This document shows positions 24,477-36,167 of a stretch of 64,000 nucleotides of DNA, in pieces (position 1 is the stretch's first letter; each line of letters starts with the position of its first letter). Where the stretch lies: positions 96,001-160,000 of IMG/VR virus record IMGVR_UViG_3300010355_000898. One strand, given 5' to 3'. The position numbers were made by a program, and so were the translations under genes. Below the pieces are notes generated by a model. That model was not told the origin of the DNA. It did no database searches and was given only the letters and a program-made list of their open reading frames with translations. Origin of the DNA: a virus. Taxonomy: Duplodnaviria > Caudoviricetes.

Positions 24477-25142
24477 TCACTTCCTCTTCAGGGCTCTCTT
24501 CTTTGAGGCTCTCTTTTCAGCCTTCACCTTTGCCTTTGCTCTGCGTTCAAGCTTTTCCTGTTTGATGACCTCTTTGGGTCTGTTCTTGGAGCCTGGAGGT
24601 CGACCCTTTCGTTTGGTTGTTGTCCCATTGGTCCCGTCAGTGCGGGTAACCACTTGAACCGGCTTTCTGTCACCCTTGAGTCGCTTCTGAGCGTCCTTTG
24701 TGAATGGGTTGACAATACCTTTAGGCACAATCCTAAAATTTTGGAGAGGGCTCCTGAAGTTCACAGCACTGTGTTGACTGAAGACTGCATCTGTACAGTG
24801 CACAGTGCCTGTTGACTGATCAATTGTGTCGACATAGAGCATTCTGGTGTCAAGCCATGGATTTCCATCAAGGATTTGTGAAAACCTCTCAACAACAATC
24901 CTATCGCCCGGTTTGAACAGAGGATTTCCTTCCTGATCAATTGCATTGGGCAGGTGATCAATTTGAGGTCGTCTCTCATTCCTGGTGTTTGCAGATGTTG
25001 AGAGACGATTGATCTCTTCTGCATCACCAACATCACTGATCAGATCATCCTGATCACATGATGGTGCAGGCAATTGCACAAATTCCTGATCAGTGATGAG
25101 TGTTCCCTCTGCATCCTCTGCAATTGAGGATCTCTTTGCCAT
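24477..25142 (-). CDS. Hypothetical protein with AT-hook-like basic tail
   Basis: KRKGRPPGSKNRPK and a Lys/Arg-rich C-terminus. Confidence 0.7.
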   Translation of the reverse strand: MAKRSSIAEDAEGTLITDQEFVQLPAPSCDQDDLISDVGDAEEINRLSTSANTRNERRPQIDHLPNAIDQEGNPLFKPGDRIVVERFSQILDGNPWLDTRMLYVDTIDQSTGTVHCTDAVFSQHSAVNFRSPLQNFRIVPKGIVNPFTKDAQKRLKGDRKPVQVVTRTDGTNGTTTKRKGRPPGSKNRPKEVIKQEKLERRAKAKVKAEKRASKKRALKRK

Positions 25143-25512
25143 CTGTTCTATCCTTTCACATTCAGTTCTGTATTCATATGTGAATGGGATGCATCCCATT
25201 CACATTCAAGTCAACCTCTGCTGTCAGCCGTGAGCAGTCTTGCACTTGGGACAGAGCCAACTGCGCTGAGAAGCTTCACGTGCTCCGGGAATGGTGATCC
25301 ATCCCTTCCTTCGGGAGGCCTCTGCAGCATCACCAGCATCAGGTCGTTCAGGTCCATTCACTCCGCACTGCGAACACACAGTGGCGCTGTTTCCATTCTT
25401 CAGGTTCACAATTGCGGATCGACGATTTGCAGACATCATGTTCTCTCTTTTTGAGGTTTGTGTTTTTGTTTGGTTGAAGTTAAGTGTTAAGGAAGCAAAC
25501 TGAACGTTATGC

Positions 25513-25848
25513 TCACTCTTCGTCAGGAAGGGAGACAAGATCTGCATACTCAGGGAGCAGATCAGATGGAAGGCGCTGCATCCCAAGCTCAGGAACCATG
25601 AACAGGCAGTTGTTCCTGTGTCCATTGGGATCCGGATCATGGGACATGAGCTGAATTCGCGTTCCCTGCTCAATCTTGCGCCAATTCTCAGCACTTCCTT
25701 CAGGCTGCTCGACGTCAATCGTCAAGGTCGTCTCATAGATTGCACCCGGAATGAGAGGATGCGTCTTGGACGTATCAACCGGGGTCTTCACCGTGGAGGC
25801 AGGAGTGTTCTCAACTGGAGTTTCGGTCTTCTTGTTCTTCTTTGCCAT
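25513..25848 (-). CDS. Hypothetical protein
   Basis: 111-aa ORF with AGGA upstream. Confidence 0.65.
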   Translation of the reverse strand: MAKKNKKTETPVENTPASTVKTPVDTSKTHPLIPGAIYETTLTIDVEQPEGSAENWRKIEQGTRIQLMSHDPDPNGHRNNCLFMVPELGMQRLPSDLLPEYADLVSLPDEE

Positions 25849-26682
25849 ATTGCTGTTATATCCTATTGTTTTGTCTTTTTCATCAGTTCAGTGTGCTCTT
25901 TTTGGGAGCAATGCTTGGCCACTGAATGTGTTCAGGAACGCTATGTGGGGGCATTGCGGCCTCCTGTTCCTCAGTCTCAATCAACTGTAACTCAGGTTCA
26001 TTGAGCTGTTCACCATCACTAAATTCTTCGGTATCCATCGGTCTTTGCCAATTCCCAAAGTCTGTAGGCGGCGTTGGTTGACATTTCCACAGTATCAACA
26101 ATTCGTGCAATTTGCACTGTTCCATGCAAATATTGCACCCTGACCTGTTGTCCCTGAACAACGGTGAACTTGATGATATCATACACATCATGCTCATCAG
26201 TCATCTTTCCAAGGACGTATATTCCAGACCTCATATGTCCACTGTATCATGCCCAAGCACGCTTTTCACCAAATTGTTGTGCATGAACAGTGAAATTGTG
26301 AAATCATCATGATAAAATTGCAACATGTCCAACGAAAATGGTGACAAGAATGTTCCGGAAAATGGTGAAAAGCACTTCTCACTTGAGGAGGAGGCTGCAA
26401 AGGAAGGTGCTGTTCCTTGGCAAATTCTGTGCACAGACGGTGAATTCAGGACCGTGTGGGCGATCAATGATCTGATTGCCTGTGCAATCACCCAACAGGA
26501 ATTTGACACTGATCCCCTCATTATCCAATTGCAACCAGGTTACAAAATTCCTGTGAAAAAGTTCAGGGGTGGGTGAAATCATTCATGATTTATGTTAAGA
26601 TCTGATCATGATGGTGCCAATGCAGCACCAATTTGTGCAGAACAGTGGTGAAAAATGGTTCTGCTGATGGTAGAGTTCTTGT

Positions 26683-28119
26683 ATGGCAAAGAAGAATAGC
26701 GAACAGGTTCCCGTGGAAGATGCACTCCAGAAGGTTCTGGATGATCCCAATGCACCCCAAATGGATGAGAATGAGTTTGAACGTCATCTCATTGCACTCT
26801 CTCAGCAGAGCACGTTCTTTGCATACATCAGCTCTTGTGTCACCAAGGTGAAGACATTGACGCTGCCCACTGCTGCAGTGAGTTACAACCCTGCAAATGA
26901 TCAGCTCCAATTGCTCTGGAATCCAAAGTTCTTTGCAACGCTCTCTGATTGGGAAGTTCAGGGAGTTCTCACTCATGAGTTCTATCATATTGTGTTTGGA
27001 CACATCACTTCAAGGATCAGGACCCCTCCTCAATTGTGGAACATTGCAACTGATTTTGCAATCAATGCAATCATCACAGCCACCGCTGTGAAGCGTCCCA
27101 ACATGACGGGAGAACGTCCGCTTCCCGACTTCGCCCTCGTTCCTGGACGATCCAGTCCAGGAATGGATCCCAACATGGCTGCAAAGGTCAAGGGTTGGCC
27201 TGATCCTGTGAATGATAAGGCAAATTGTCTTCAGCACCCATCTGAGTGGTATTTCAATGAACTGATTGAGTTTGCTCCTCAATGCGATTGTGGCGAAGGA
27301 GAGGGTGATGGTGAAGGCAGTGAAGGAAAGCCTGGCGATAAGAATGGTGTCGGAGGTGCAAAGACCCTTGATGATCATGGTGAATGGTCAAAGAACAGTG
27401 GTGGTAAGGGCAAGAATGGTGAGCTCACCGAAGAGCAGCGTGAATATGCTGAAGGAAAGGTGAAGGCCATTGTTGAGAAGGCTGCCAACGCTGCAAATCA
27501 GAGTTCAACTGGTTGGGGGAATGTTCCTGCTGATGTTCGTGCGGCAATTGATGCCTACCTCAAGGGCAATGTTGATTGGCGCAAGGTTCTGAGGCAGTTC
27601 ATTGGCAACCTGATCAGGGGAAACAAGACCAACACGATCAAGCGCATCAACAAGCGCTATCCATATGTTCATCCCGGCACCAAGAAGGGTTACAGTGCCA
27701 AACTGCTCATTGCAATGGATCAGTCAGGTTCTGTTGGGAATGAGATGCTTGCTGAGTTCTTTGCTGAACTTGGTCTCCTCACCAAGAGGGTTGGTGTTGA
27801 ACTGATTCCCTTTGATTGTGACATCAACATCAGGGATCTGAAGGTTTGGAAGAAGGGACAGAAGATTGAGGCTGTCCGTGAGCGAATGGGTGGCACTGAC
27901 TTCAATGCACCAACCAATCTCTTCAATGATCCCAAGAATCGTGGTCGTTGGGATGGTCTTCTCATCATGACTGATGGTGAGGCACCTGCTCCTGGTGGTT
28001 GCAGAGGCAAGCGAGGATGGGTCCTTGGAAAGGGTTGCAACACTCACTTTGAAACCAGTGAACTGAAGATCTTTGTTGAACCTGGTAGGGGTATTGAGAG
28101 TGGTGGTGTGGCATGGTGA
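26683..28119 (+). CDS. HExxH metallopeptidase / vWA-like domain protein (DUF2201-like)
   Basis: LTHEFYH, WNIATDFAIN, LDDH, VDWR..L, MIDAS DQSGS, GGTDF, MTDGE. Confidence 0.88.
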   Translation: MAKKNSEQVPVEDALQKVLDDPNAPQMDENEFERHLIALSQQSTFFAYISSCVTKVKTLTLPTAAVSYNPANDQLQLLWNPKFFATLSDWEVQGVLTHEFYHIVFGHITSRIRTPPQLWNIATDFAINAIITATAVKRPNMTGERPLPDFALVPGRSSPGMDPNMAAKVKGWPDPVNDKANCLQHPSEWYFNELIEFAPQCDCGEGEGDGEGSEGKPGDKNGVGGAKTLDDHGEWSKNSGGKGKNGELTEEQREYAEGKVKAIVEKAANAANQSSTGWGNVPADVRAAIDAYLKGNVDWRKVLRQFIGNLIRGNKTNTIKRINKRYPYVHPGTKKGYSAKLLIAMDQSGSVGNEMLAEFFAELGLLTKRVGVELIPFDCDINIRDLKVWKKGQKIEAVRERMGGTDFNAPTNLFNDPKNRGRWDGLLIMTDGEAPAPGGCRGKRGWVLGKGCNTHFETSELKIFVEPGRGIESGGVAW

Positions 28120-29245
28120 GGAACTGAACAGTGCCTGATGATATCAATAGTGTTGTTGATACAATGGTATTCAGCTATTTTGTTGATAAGGCACTGTTCA
28201 GAACACCATTTGTGAGATTTCACAAATCACGAACAATGCTCCACATGTGTGGGTGTGTCACCATCAACAGTCAATCAATAACTGAAGCAATATCATTGTG
28301 TAAACAACATAGGACTAATCTATACAATTATGCTTCTCGCAGATTTGATGTTTTTTTTGATCTGCAATTGAAGGATGACTATTTCAAGTACATGATTGGT
28401 ATTGAGAATGGAAAACTTGATAGCAATATGACTTGGCGGATGTACAATCGCCTAGGCAAGGTGTCATTGTTCCAGAGGTTGATCAGAAAGTTGATTGGAT
28501 TGTTCACATGATGAGTCGCAACAAGTCAGGATTTGGATACATCCGGATCAGGAATTGTGGATGTGCAATACCATATCCAACAAATGAATCTGCACACCAT
28601 GATGATCGGTTTGATCCGGATGTTAGAGCGTACATTGGCGAAGATGAGTGCATCCTGCGTCAAATGCCACAATCAAAAAACTTTGTAAGAGCACTGAACA
28701 TTGTCAAAAATCTTGGGGTGAGGATTGCAATCCAGAGAAGGGTTCAGAAGTTCAACGCTGTGCACAAACAGTGTCCACGATGTGCACGAAATCATGGTGC
28801 AATCAACAGGTTGTTGGAAGACAGAGAACGTCCAATTGATCGCCATCCATTCACAGATCATGATCTGAGTGTATTCCTTGAGCACTCCAAGCAGTGGAGA
28901 TATGATCTGTCTGGCTTGTGGTACAAACGGGACATTGCAATGATCATTGCAATATTCATTGCAAATGCCATACTGATCATGACGATGCTGAATGTGATCA
29001 TTGTGACAACACTGTATGCACTGAGATCAGCGTTTGGGTGAACAGTGACCAGATTTGTGGTAAAGTTGCAGAGTGAACAGTGATCTTGTGGAATTTGCAA
29101 TTGAACGTGCCAGGACAATGATCGCCTATGATATTCACATGAGTGAAATTGTCAACAGTGTGATCAGAGAATTGGATTGCACCATTGAAGAAGCACAGTT
29201 GATCATTGTGAGTGCAAAGATTTTGGAACAGCACAGGAGTGAACA

Positions 29246-30583
29246 GTGAACGTAATCAGTATTCTTGAAGAGCTTGAGAACACATCCGGTCGACTTGACA
29301 AGGAAGCAATCCTTGAAAAGAACCGCAGGAATGAGCTGTTGCAGGCATGTCTCTATGCAGGTCTTGATCAGACTGTACCTCACAACGTGAGCAAAGTGAA
29401 AGTTGCACCGGCACATGTGAGTCATTGGAAGAATTGTGATGAGGCACTCACTGATTTCATTGGGAGAGTTCTTCCGCAAATTTCTTCAAAAGCTGTCACA
29501 GGCAATGCTGCAAAGGATCTTGTCAAGAGCGCTCTCAGTGAGATGGACAGTGCAGAGCAGAAGTGGGCACAACGTATTCTGCTGAAGCGTTTGCGAATTG
29601 GCGTGCAAGAGAGCACTGTCAACCGTGTGTGGCCAAATCTCATCAGGACATTTGAGGTTCAGTTGGCACACAGTCTGAAGACTGAATACCGTGATGGGGT
29701 GGGTGTCGTCATCCTGGAAGATGTCAAATTCCCTGTGAGGTTGGAACCCAAACTTGATGGCTTGCGGCTCATTGTGATGAAACGTGAGGGCACAGTGACC
29801 ATGTTCACAAGGAATGGAACAGAGCTGAATACTTTGCCCAAGCTTGCAGAGATTATTGAGTGCAGTGATGGTGATGACTATGTCCTTGATGGTGAAATCA
29901 TGGGTGCTGATTGGAATGAGAGCGCCAGTGTTGCAATGAGCAGAGTGAATCTGAAGGATGAGAGCACACTCAGGTACAATGTGTTTGACATGGTTCCCAT
30001 CAGTGAATGGGATGCTCAAGAGAGCACTGAACCTTACAGCGTGAGGATTGAGAATGTTACCAATCAGCTTGCCCTGATCTCTCATGAGAGAGTTGTGCAG
30101 GTTGAGGGCACTGTTGTCAGAACAATCAAGGAATTGTGGAATGAATTCAAGCGTTGCACCGGGCTCGGATATGAAGGTGTGATGCTCAAGGATGTCGGTG
30201 AAACCTATCAATTCAAACGCACCAAGGCATTGAGGAAATTGAAGCCCATCATGACCTTTGAGGGCGTCATCGTTGAGATCAAGGGCGGGAGAATTGGCAG
30301 CAAACGTGAAGGTGGATTTGGCGGATTCAAGGTTCTGTTCCCAACCGGTGAGACAACTGATGTTGGGAGTGGATTCACTGACAGGATGCTTGCAGAAATC
30401 CAGATTGATCCTGAAAAGTGGATTGGCAGAGTCATTGAGGTTGAGGGTCAACCTGATCCCACAACTGCTGATGGGTATTCAAAGGATGGTAAGGTAAGGT
30501 TTCCTGTGTACATCAGGGAGCGAAGTTGGGATGACGTTGACAGGAAACTTGAGACAGTTCTCAAGGAGTGGAATGAACGCTGA
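29246..30583 (+). CDS. ATP-dependent DNA ligase
   Basis: EPKLDGLR adenylation motif, TRNG, LDGEI, FD, EGVMLK, VGSG, VRFP. Confidence 0.95.
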   Translation: MNVISILEELENTSGRLDKEAILEKNRRNELLQACLYAGLDQTVPHNVSKVKVAPAHVSHWKNCDEALTDFIGRVLPQISSKAVTGNAAKDLVKSALSEMDSAEQKWAQRILLKRLRIGVQESTVNRVWPNLIRTFEVQLAHSLKTEYRDGVGVVILEDVKFPVRLEPKLDGLRLIVMKREGTVTMFTRNGTELNTLPKLAEIIECSDGDDYVLDGEIMGADWNESASVAMSRVNLKDESTLRYNVFDMVPISEWDAQESTEPYSVRIENVTNQLALISHERVVQVEGTVVRTIKELWNEFKRCTGLGYEGVMLKDVGETYQFKRTKALRKLKPIMTFEGVIVEIKGGRIGSKREGGFGGFKVLFPTGETTDVGSGFTDRMLAEIQIDPEKWIGRVIEVEGQPDPTTADGYSKDGKVRFPVYIRERSWDDVDRKLETVLKEWNER

Positions 30584-31099
30584 TGTTGCGAGTTCACCGG
30601 TATGGTTGTGTCACTCATCCTGAGGATAATCTTCCATCAGTTGTTTATTACGCATACAAATACAATTCATACTATTACGTCAATACAAGAGTGCAGTGTT
30701 ATGAACACTACATTGCAAAAGAAGGTGAACAATTGTATTCATTTGAGAGATTGAAATATGGTGTTGCGTACCTCAAATGGTGCAAGACAAGAAAGATTGG
30801 ACCGAACATTATGAAGATGACAGAAGAGTTGATGAAGTCATGGGATTGGCCAACCATGGGTTGGATTCTGGTTATATTGACGTTGGTTGTGACTTGTGGA
30901 ATATTGGGTACAAGTTGTCAACGACAATCACTGCAATTTGATATGAAGTGTGCAGATCATTGCAGCGAGTTGGGAACAATGAAGTTCAATTCTCAAATGG
31001 GAAGTGGCACATGTGAATGCATTGATGAGACAATCATCAAGAATGTCAAAAAGGTTGGGAATTGAACGCTCTCGCGAGCGCATGCGCGAACACAGCCGC

Positions 31100-31151
31100 C
31101 CGGGTCACAGTTCACTGCAGGATTGATTGCAGATTGTGACCCGGGGTTTTC
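31100..31151. terminator. Hairpin at a convergent gene junction
   Basis: CCCGGGTCACA...TGTGACCCGGG followed by a T run. Confidence 0.6.
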
Positions 31152-31203
31152 TGTTTAGGGATGCAGAAATGTTTTTCTGCAGTGAACCGGATTGGTTCAG
31201 GCT

Positions 31204-31977
31204 CTATTTGCTCTCAATCCTGCAGCTGATCCCAATTGGGTCAACTGTGTTCATGTTGACATGTGTGGTGTTCACCGTGACAACAAAATGGTGATACCGG
31301 TCGGGTTGCACCATAAACTTGTATTCACTTTCAGGATTGACGAAAGGGCAATTCTTGAGAAGGTTCCTGATGGAATCATTACCACTAATGGGCAACAGCT
31401 TGTCAAGTTTGCAAACCCTGCCTGAGCCTTGTCGTCTGATGTTCATATATCTATCCTTTGCATATGAGTGCTGATCATTCAACAATTTCTTGAAAGCACC
31501 GGTGAACCGTTCAAGGTATGCTGGCTTCAACTGCTCATCTGAGCCCAAAACAGTGGTGATGACAACCGGTTCATCCGCATACTTTTCACCCTCCTGAAGT
31601 GAGGAACCTGTGACAACGTTGTATGTGATGTTTGCAACCTTGATGAACAGATCAAACAATTCACCCTGCTTGATGAATTCACTGAACAGTGCAGCATTCT
31701 TGACCAAGTTGACGCTGATCAATGGTTCACTGACCTGCACGTTGGCAATGACAGATCCATTTTCAGTCAACTGATCACAAACAATGAATCTGAGTGCCAT
31801 TTTGCACTGGGGCTTGTTCCAGTACTGTTGGACATTTGTAGTGATGGTTGTGCACAATTGGGTGTCATCATGGTTGTAATCAACCTTGAGATCATAACCT
31901 TCAGGGATCATTCCGCCAGTGAGGGCCCTGATCTGTTGGATGTATGTCTCAAGAAGAGGAACCAATTCCGCAGTCAT
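31204..31977 (-). CDS. Hypothetical protein (leaderless)
   Basis: 257 aa; ATG 6 nt after TACCAT of a GTGAAA-N17 promoter (31984-32012). Confidence 0.75.
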   Translation of the reverse strand: MTAELVPLLETYIQQIRALTGGMIPEGYDLKVDYNHDDTQLCTTITTNVQQYWNKPQCKMALRFIVCDQLTENGSVIANVQVSEPLISVNLVKNAALFSEFIKQGELFDLFIKVANITYNVVTGSSLQEGEKYADEPVVITTVLGSDEQLKPAYLERFTGAFKKLLNDQHSYAKDRYMNIRRQGSGRVCKLDKLLPISGNDSIRNLLKNCPFVNPESEYKFMVQPDRYHHFVVTVNTTHVNMNTVDPIGISCRIESK

Positions 31978-32077
31978 GTTCTGATGGTATCAAAATGGGA
32001 ACAAATTTTCACCCGTGAACAGAAAAAATTGTTTTTTGTTGAGTGAAAACCACAAAAAACCATGGTATTATAAGATC

Positions 32078-32542
32078 ATGATGGCAAATCAGAGTGGCGC
32101 AATTCAGGGACTCATTCAGAAGCTCGATCTCTTGCGAGATTTGCAAATCTATGATGTAAGGACAAATCTCAAGGATTACCTTACAGACAATGATGTCCAT
32201 GTGGACCTCAACCATCCAATGGCATATGGTGAAAAGATTGTGCTTGAATGTCTCCTTGATTTGCTCAGTGTTTGCCGTGACATGTTTGAGGAAGAAATTG
32301 GTGCAATTGTGCGTTTTCGTTCTCAAACGAATTTTGTCAACAATTTTGGCCAAGAATTGGCATACAAATTCACCAGCGCAAAGTGTGAAATGCTTTCACA
32401 AACCATTAATCACGTATCAAAGATGATCAAGCTCATTCCTGAAACCAATGAATCCTTTGGGGAAGAGAAGGTTTGCACTCAGAAGGGTTCTTGTGTGAAC
32501 TCTTGTGTTCCCACCCGAATTGTTGGAGTTTTCATCATTTGA
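32078..32542 (+). CDS. Hypothetical protein (leaderless)
   Basis: GTGAAA-N17-TATTAT-N6-ATG; divergent from the gene starting at 31977. Confidence 0.7.
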   Translation: MMANQSGAIQGLIQKLDLLRDLQIYDVRTNLKDYLTDNDVHVDLNHPMAYGEKIVLECLLDLLSVCRDMFEEEIGAIVRFRSQTNFVNNFGQELAYKFTSAKCEMLSQTINHVSKMIKLIPETNESFGEEKVCTQKGSCVNSCVPTRIVGVFII

Positions 32543-32635
32543 AAAAGTTCTTGAGACTGTGAAAATGGTCTCCTGTTAGTTTAGAGTTGAACAAGATAGC
32601 GACAGAGTCGCACTGAAGGTAAAAGGAAAAACAGT

Positions 32636-33289
32636 ATGTCCACGAAGTCGAAGATTGATGCTGCAATTGCAGCTGCACAGAGTGCAAAGCGTGATGAGAA
32701 GGAGAAGCCTGTGAAGGAGCGGGTTCAGAAGCCCAAGGGAACTGGGCGGGTGAAGCTCACTGATGAGGAGCGCGCTGAGCGCAAGCAGAAGCTTGAGTCT
32801 GAACGTGCAGAGAGGAAGCAGAAGCGAGATCAGGAGCGTGCAGAGAAGCAGGCCAAGAAGGCTGCCGAGCGCCCTTCTGCTCACATGAAGAAGATTCAGA
32901 AGGCTTTTGCTGCACTTCCCAAGCTCTCTGAGGATGCCCTCACTGAGTTCAATACGATCACTGCGACCCTCACAGCAGACCAGATTGGTGCGCTGGCTCA
33001 GCACTTGCTCCACTTCAACAGGGTGAATGCCACTGAGCGTGCTCGTGATGTGAAGATTGAGGTTGGTGACACTGTCAAGATTGTTGGCGGTGACGCAAGG
33101 TGGGTTGGCAAGGTTGGCACTGTTGATCAGGCCGCAAAGATCAGGTGCTTTGTCAACTTTGAGATCGAGAACAGCAAGGGTGAGCTGGTGAACAAGCGTG
33201 TGTATCTCTTCACCTCTGATGTTGAGAAGGTTGAGAGCCGTGAGGATGAGGTCACTGAGACCTCTGAGGCAACCGGCACAGACGAGTGA
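32636..33289 (+). CDS. Charged coiled-coil protein with C-terminal KOW-like motif
   Basis: K/E/R-rich helix; IEVGDTVKIVGG...GKVGTV; AAGGA upstream. Confidence 0.7.
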   Translation: MSTKSKIDAAIAAAQSAKRDEKEKPVKERVQKPKGTGRVKLTDEERAERKQKLESERAERKQKRDQERAEKQAKKAAERPSAHMKKIQKAFAALPKLSEDALTEFNTITATLTADQIGALAQHLLHFNRVNATERARDVKIEVGDTVKIVGGDARWVGKVGTVDQAAKIRCFVNFEIENSKGELVNKRVYLFTSDVEKVESREDEVTETSEATGTDE

Positions 33290-34349
33290 TCCAATTCCCA
33301 ATTTGGGTCACATTGAATACTGAGTGAGAGTTTGAACCATCTCCTGATGATGAAATCAGGATCAATTCATTACAAGAATTGATCAAAAACTGATCTAATA
33401 TATAGTTAGTTGAACGGTGCAATCAGGATGCCCAAGTAAACATGTTCGCTATAAATTGATAAATATAAATTGATAAATTGATATGTTGATGGCCTGTTCA
33501 AGTGTATTGAATGGGCCATCAGTTTTTGGAAAGGACGTTAAAGAGTGTTCACAGATTGGGTCAATGGTAAGGTTACATTTTGGGGTTGGATGTGGAATTG
33601 GTATTGCAGTGTTTGGTCATTGCCACACTCAGGATTTGAAACCATTGTTTGGATTGCATGGTTGCTCCTGCACCTCACAATCTTATCTCTGATCTCAATC
33701 ATGTTCTTGGCAGCAAAAGAGTATGGAATCATTGCCGCGATTGCACTCATTGTTCTTGGGATTGTTGCACTCACACTTGGACCAATTTGGGCATTCACTC
33801 TGCTGGGACTTTGCACCCTTGGCACAACATTTTTGCGGTGAAAAGTTTGTGAATGGATGATAGGATCAGATCAGGATGGAAAACATATTGCATCCAGGAA
33901 CACCATGCATCGTCTGGTTCAACAGCGGTGCAACGCTTGATGCAGTTGTCATCCATGCAACAGAGAATCTTGTTGTTGTGAAGTTGGATGGCGGCGTAAG
34001 AATGTCATTCAGCAGAGAAACATGGCGTGATGGTACTCTGAGTGCACAACTCCAATTTGTGAACTGACATGGCAAAGTTCAGGAATCCATTTGTTGTTGG
34101 CATGATCCTCACCAAGAGGCACAGGGTTATGAAGGATCGCAGACAGCGCAGATGCAAGGAACGCAAGGATCCAATGCAGGATGGATGGTGATCTGTGAGC
34201 AGATATTTGAGGACAGCAATTGCAATCAAACGTCTAACCAGACTGAAACTGACAGTTTGGGGAAGTGCAGACAGCAACCTGACTTTTCTTAAATAGGGTG
34301 CTCACCGATGACAGTGCAAACTGTCACCAGTGTGTGTTATCATAACAGT

Positions 34350-35402
34350 ATGTTCAAAACAGTTCACACTTCAAAAGGTTTGGATCACCTATTCAAGAGC
34401 AGCGCAGTCAAGGGAACAGTGTTGGAGCCGATCATCAGTGTCGCATTGAAAATGGGTAGTTTTCTTGCTGGTGGTTTGGCACGAAATATTTGGCTGAACT
34501 ATGATTACCCAATTGATGATCGTATTGCTGTCGCCAAGAAGTATCGCAATGCTGCTAATGTTGAATTGCACAAAGCTCTGAGCAAATACAGATCACGGTG
34601 GGACTCTACTCCTGAATATTACAGGACTCACTTCAGCGCATACAGAAAAGTGTTGCGTGAAAATCCTGTCAGCATTAGGACAATTTTTGGTGTCAGGCCT
34701 GTTGACTTCTATTTGGGATACTATGGCTATTGCAGTCATATGGCAGGTGATGTTGACATCTTCTTTCCTGATGCCAACGTTGCAAAAGTTTTCTTGAATG
34801 ATGTCAAGACTTGGACAGTTCCGGTGAAAGTAACTGATACCCCTTCCGGGGCAGCAACAGAGCTTGTGTACAAGCCATGGCAGTCAAATCAGTCTGTGAA
34901 AGTTCAGGTTGTGTCAGGTTGTGCAGGGTCTCCTGAGGAGGTGATGAGTCAATTTGATCTGACCAACAGCATGGTTGCATACACCAGTGATCGTCTCATC
35001 CTGAATGAAAAGTGCCCTCCCCTTGAGGAGGGAAGAGAACTGCACGTTGACCATGTGACTCAGTATACCCTCAGCAGGGCAATGAAATATATTCAACGGG
35101 AACGTTTCAAACATGTTGGATATGAATCCCTCCAATTGTTGAAGGGTGAACTGCCAGAATATCTTGACAGAATTCGTGAGGATGTCCCCAAAAAGAAGGA
35201 CAAATACTACAATTTTCGCAGAGAAACAAATTTGCGAACTGTGAAACAGTTCCTCGCAATGCTCAATGGAAGAGCGCAATCAGCAGAGGAATTGATTGAC
35301 ATCTCAGCAACATGGCCAGGAGATCTCTTGGTGTATGATGCAGCTTTTGGTCTTATGCACAGGAAGTTTGGAGTTGGAGGATTTGCAAATGGAAAACAGT
35401 GA
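34350..35402 (+). CDS. Nucleotidyltransferase-like protein (polyA polymerase/CCA-enzyme head-like)
   Basis: FLAGGLAR...GDVDIFF...FDLT motifs. Confidence 0.6.
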   Translation: MFKTVHTSKGLDHLFKSSAVKGTVLEPIISVALKMGSFLAGGLARNIWLNYDYPIDDRIAVAKKYRNAANVELHKALSKYRSRWDSTPEYYRTHFSAYRKVLRENPVSIRTIFGVRPVDFYLGYYGYCSHMAGDVDIFFPDANVAKVFLNDVKTWTVPVKVTDTPSGAATELVYKPWQSNQSVKVQVVSGCAGSPEEVMSQFDLTNSMVAYTSDRLILNEKCPPLEEGRELHVDHVTQYTLSRAMKYIQRERFKHVGYESLQLLKGELPEYLDRIREDVPKKKDKYYNFRRETNLRTVKQFLAMLNGRAQSAEELIDISATWPGDLLVYDAAFGLMHRKFGVGGFANGKQ

Positions 35403-36091
35403 AGAGGAATTGAAGGATTTTGGGTTGGACAACTTTGAGATCAATGCTGTTGCAATTGCATCCACAATCCTGAATGGTGACATTGATGGCAGCAGAGCAC
35501 ATATTGAAGACATCAAGCGACTGAAGGATATTTTTGCACTGATTCATGAAAAGAGGTTGCAACAGAACGCTGCCAAAACAGTGGACAAAGTTGACAATAG
35601 TGGTGAAAAGTCTCCCGTTGGCTTCAATGTCAAGTATAAGAGGATTCGTCCTGATTGGATGCGGGTTATTGAGGGCAGAAGACCTTGGTGATCGGTTCCT
35701 CATCCCCAAGACCCTCAGGATGGGTTCCTGCGTTGTGAGTGATGGTCAACCAATCATTTGCTGAAAGCCCACCAGAGGGCATTCTGGAACTGTTTGACTG
35801 AATGTTATGAATGTGTGAAAAGTCTGTGAGGTCATGATATAGTGGTCATACAAGGTTGGAAAAACCTGGTGTAAACAGTAACCTTCAACAACAAGAATAC
35901 AATCTGATACTGTGACTGACGTGGGTTGCCCCCACTGTGAATTAAAATGTACACCTGAGCATGTGTCTAAACTGCGGCGTGTATTTGGTATATTGATTGG
36001 GATTAACGTTCAACTGGATGAAATCTGATGATTCGTGATGGGCCGTGAACATATGGACACCTGGGAAAGTGTATAAACGACCCAACGATTT

Positions 36092-36167
36092 GGGACTATA
36101 GCTCAGTTGGTAGAGCTGCGGGCTTTTAACCCGTAGGTCGAGGGTTCAAGTCCCTCTGGTCCCACCA
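36092..36167 (+). tRNA. tRNA-Lys(TTT)
   Basis: Canonical cloverleaf, loop CTTTTAA, encoded CCA. Confidence 0.95.

Noticed and set aside
19365-33301. Long antisense ORFs (19365-20333, 29486-30451, 32576-33301)
   Set aside because: They shadow recognisable genes on the opposite strand and have no motifs; TA depletion makes stop codons rare.
33340-33362. Hammerhead ribozyme (CTGATGA...GAAA)
   Set aside because: No stem II between the motifs and no flanking stems I and III.
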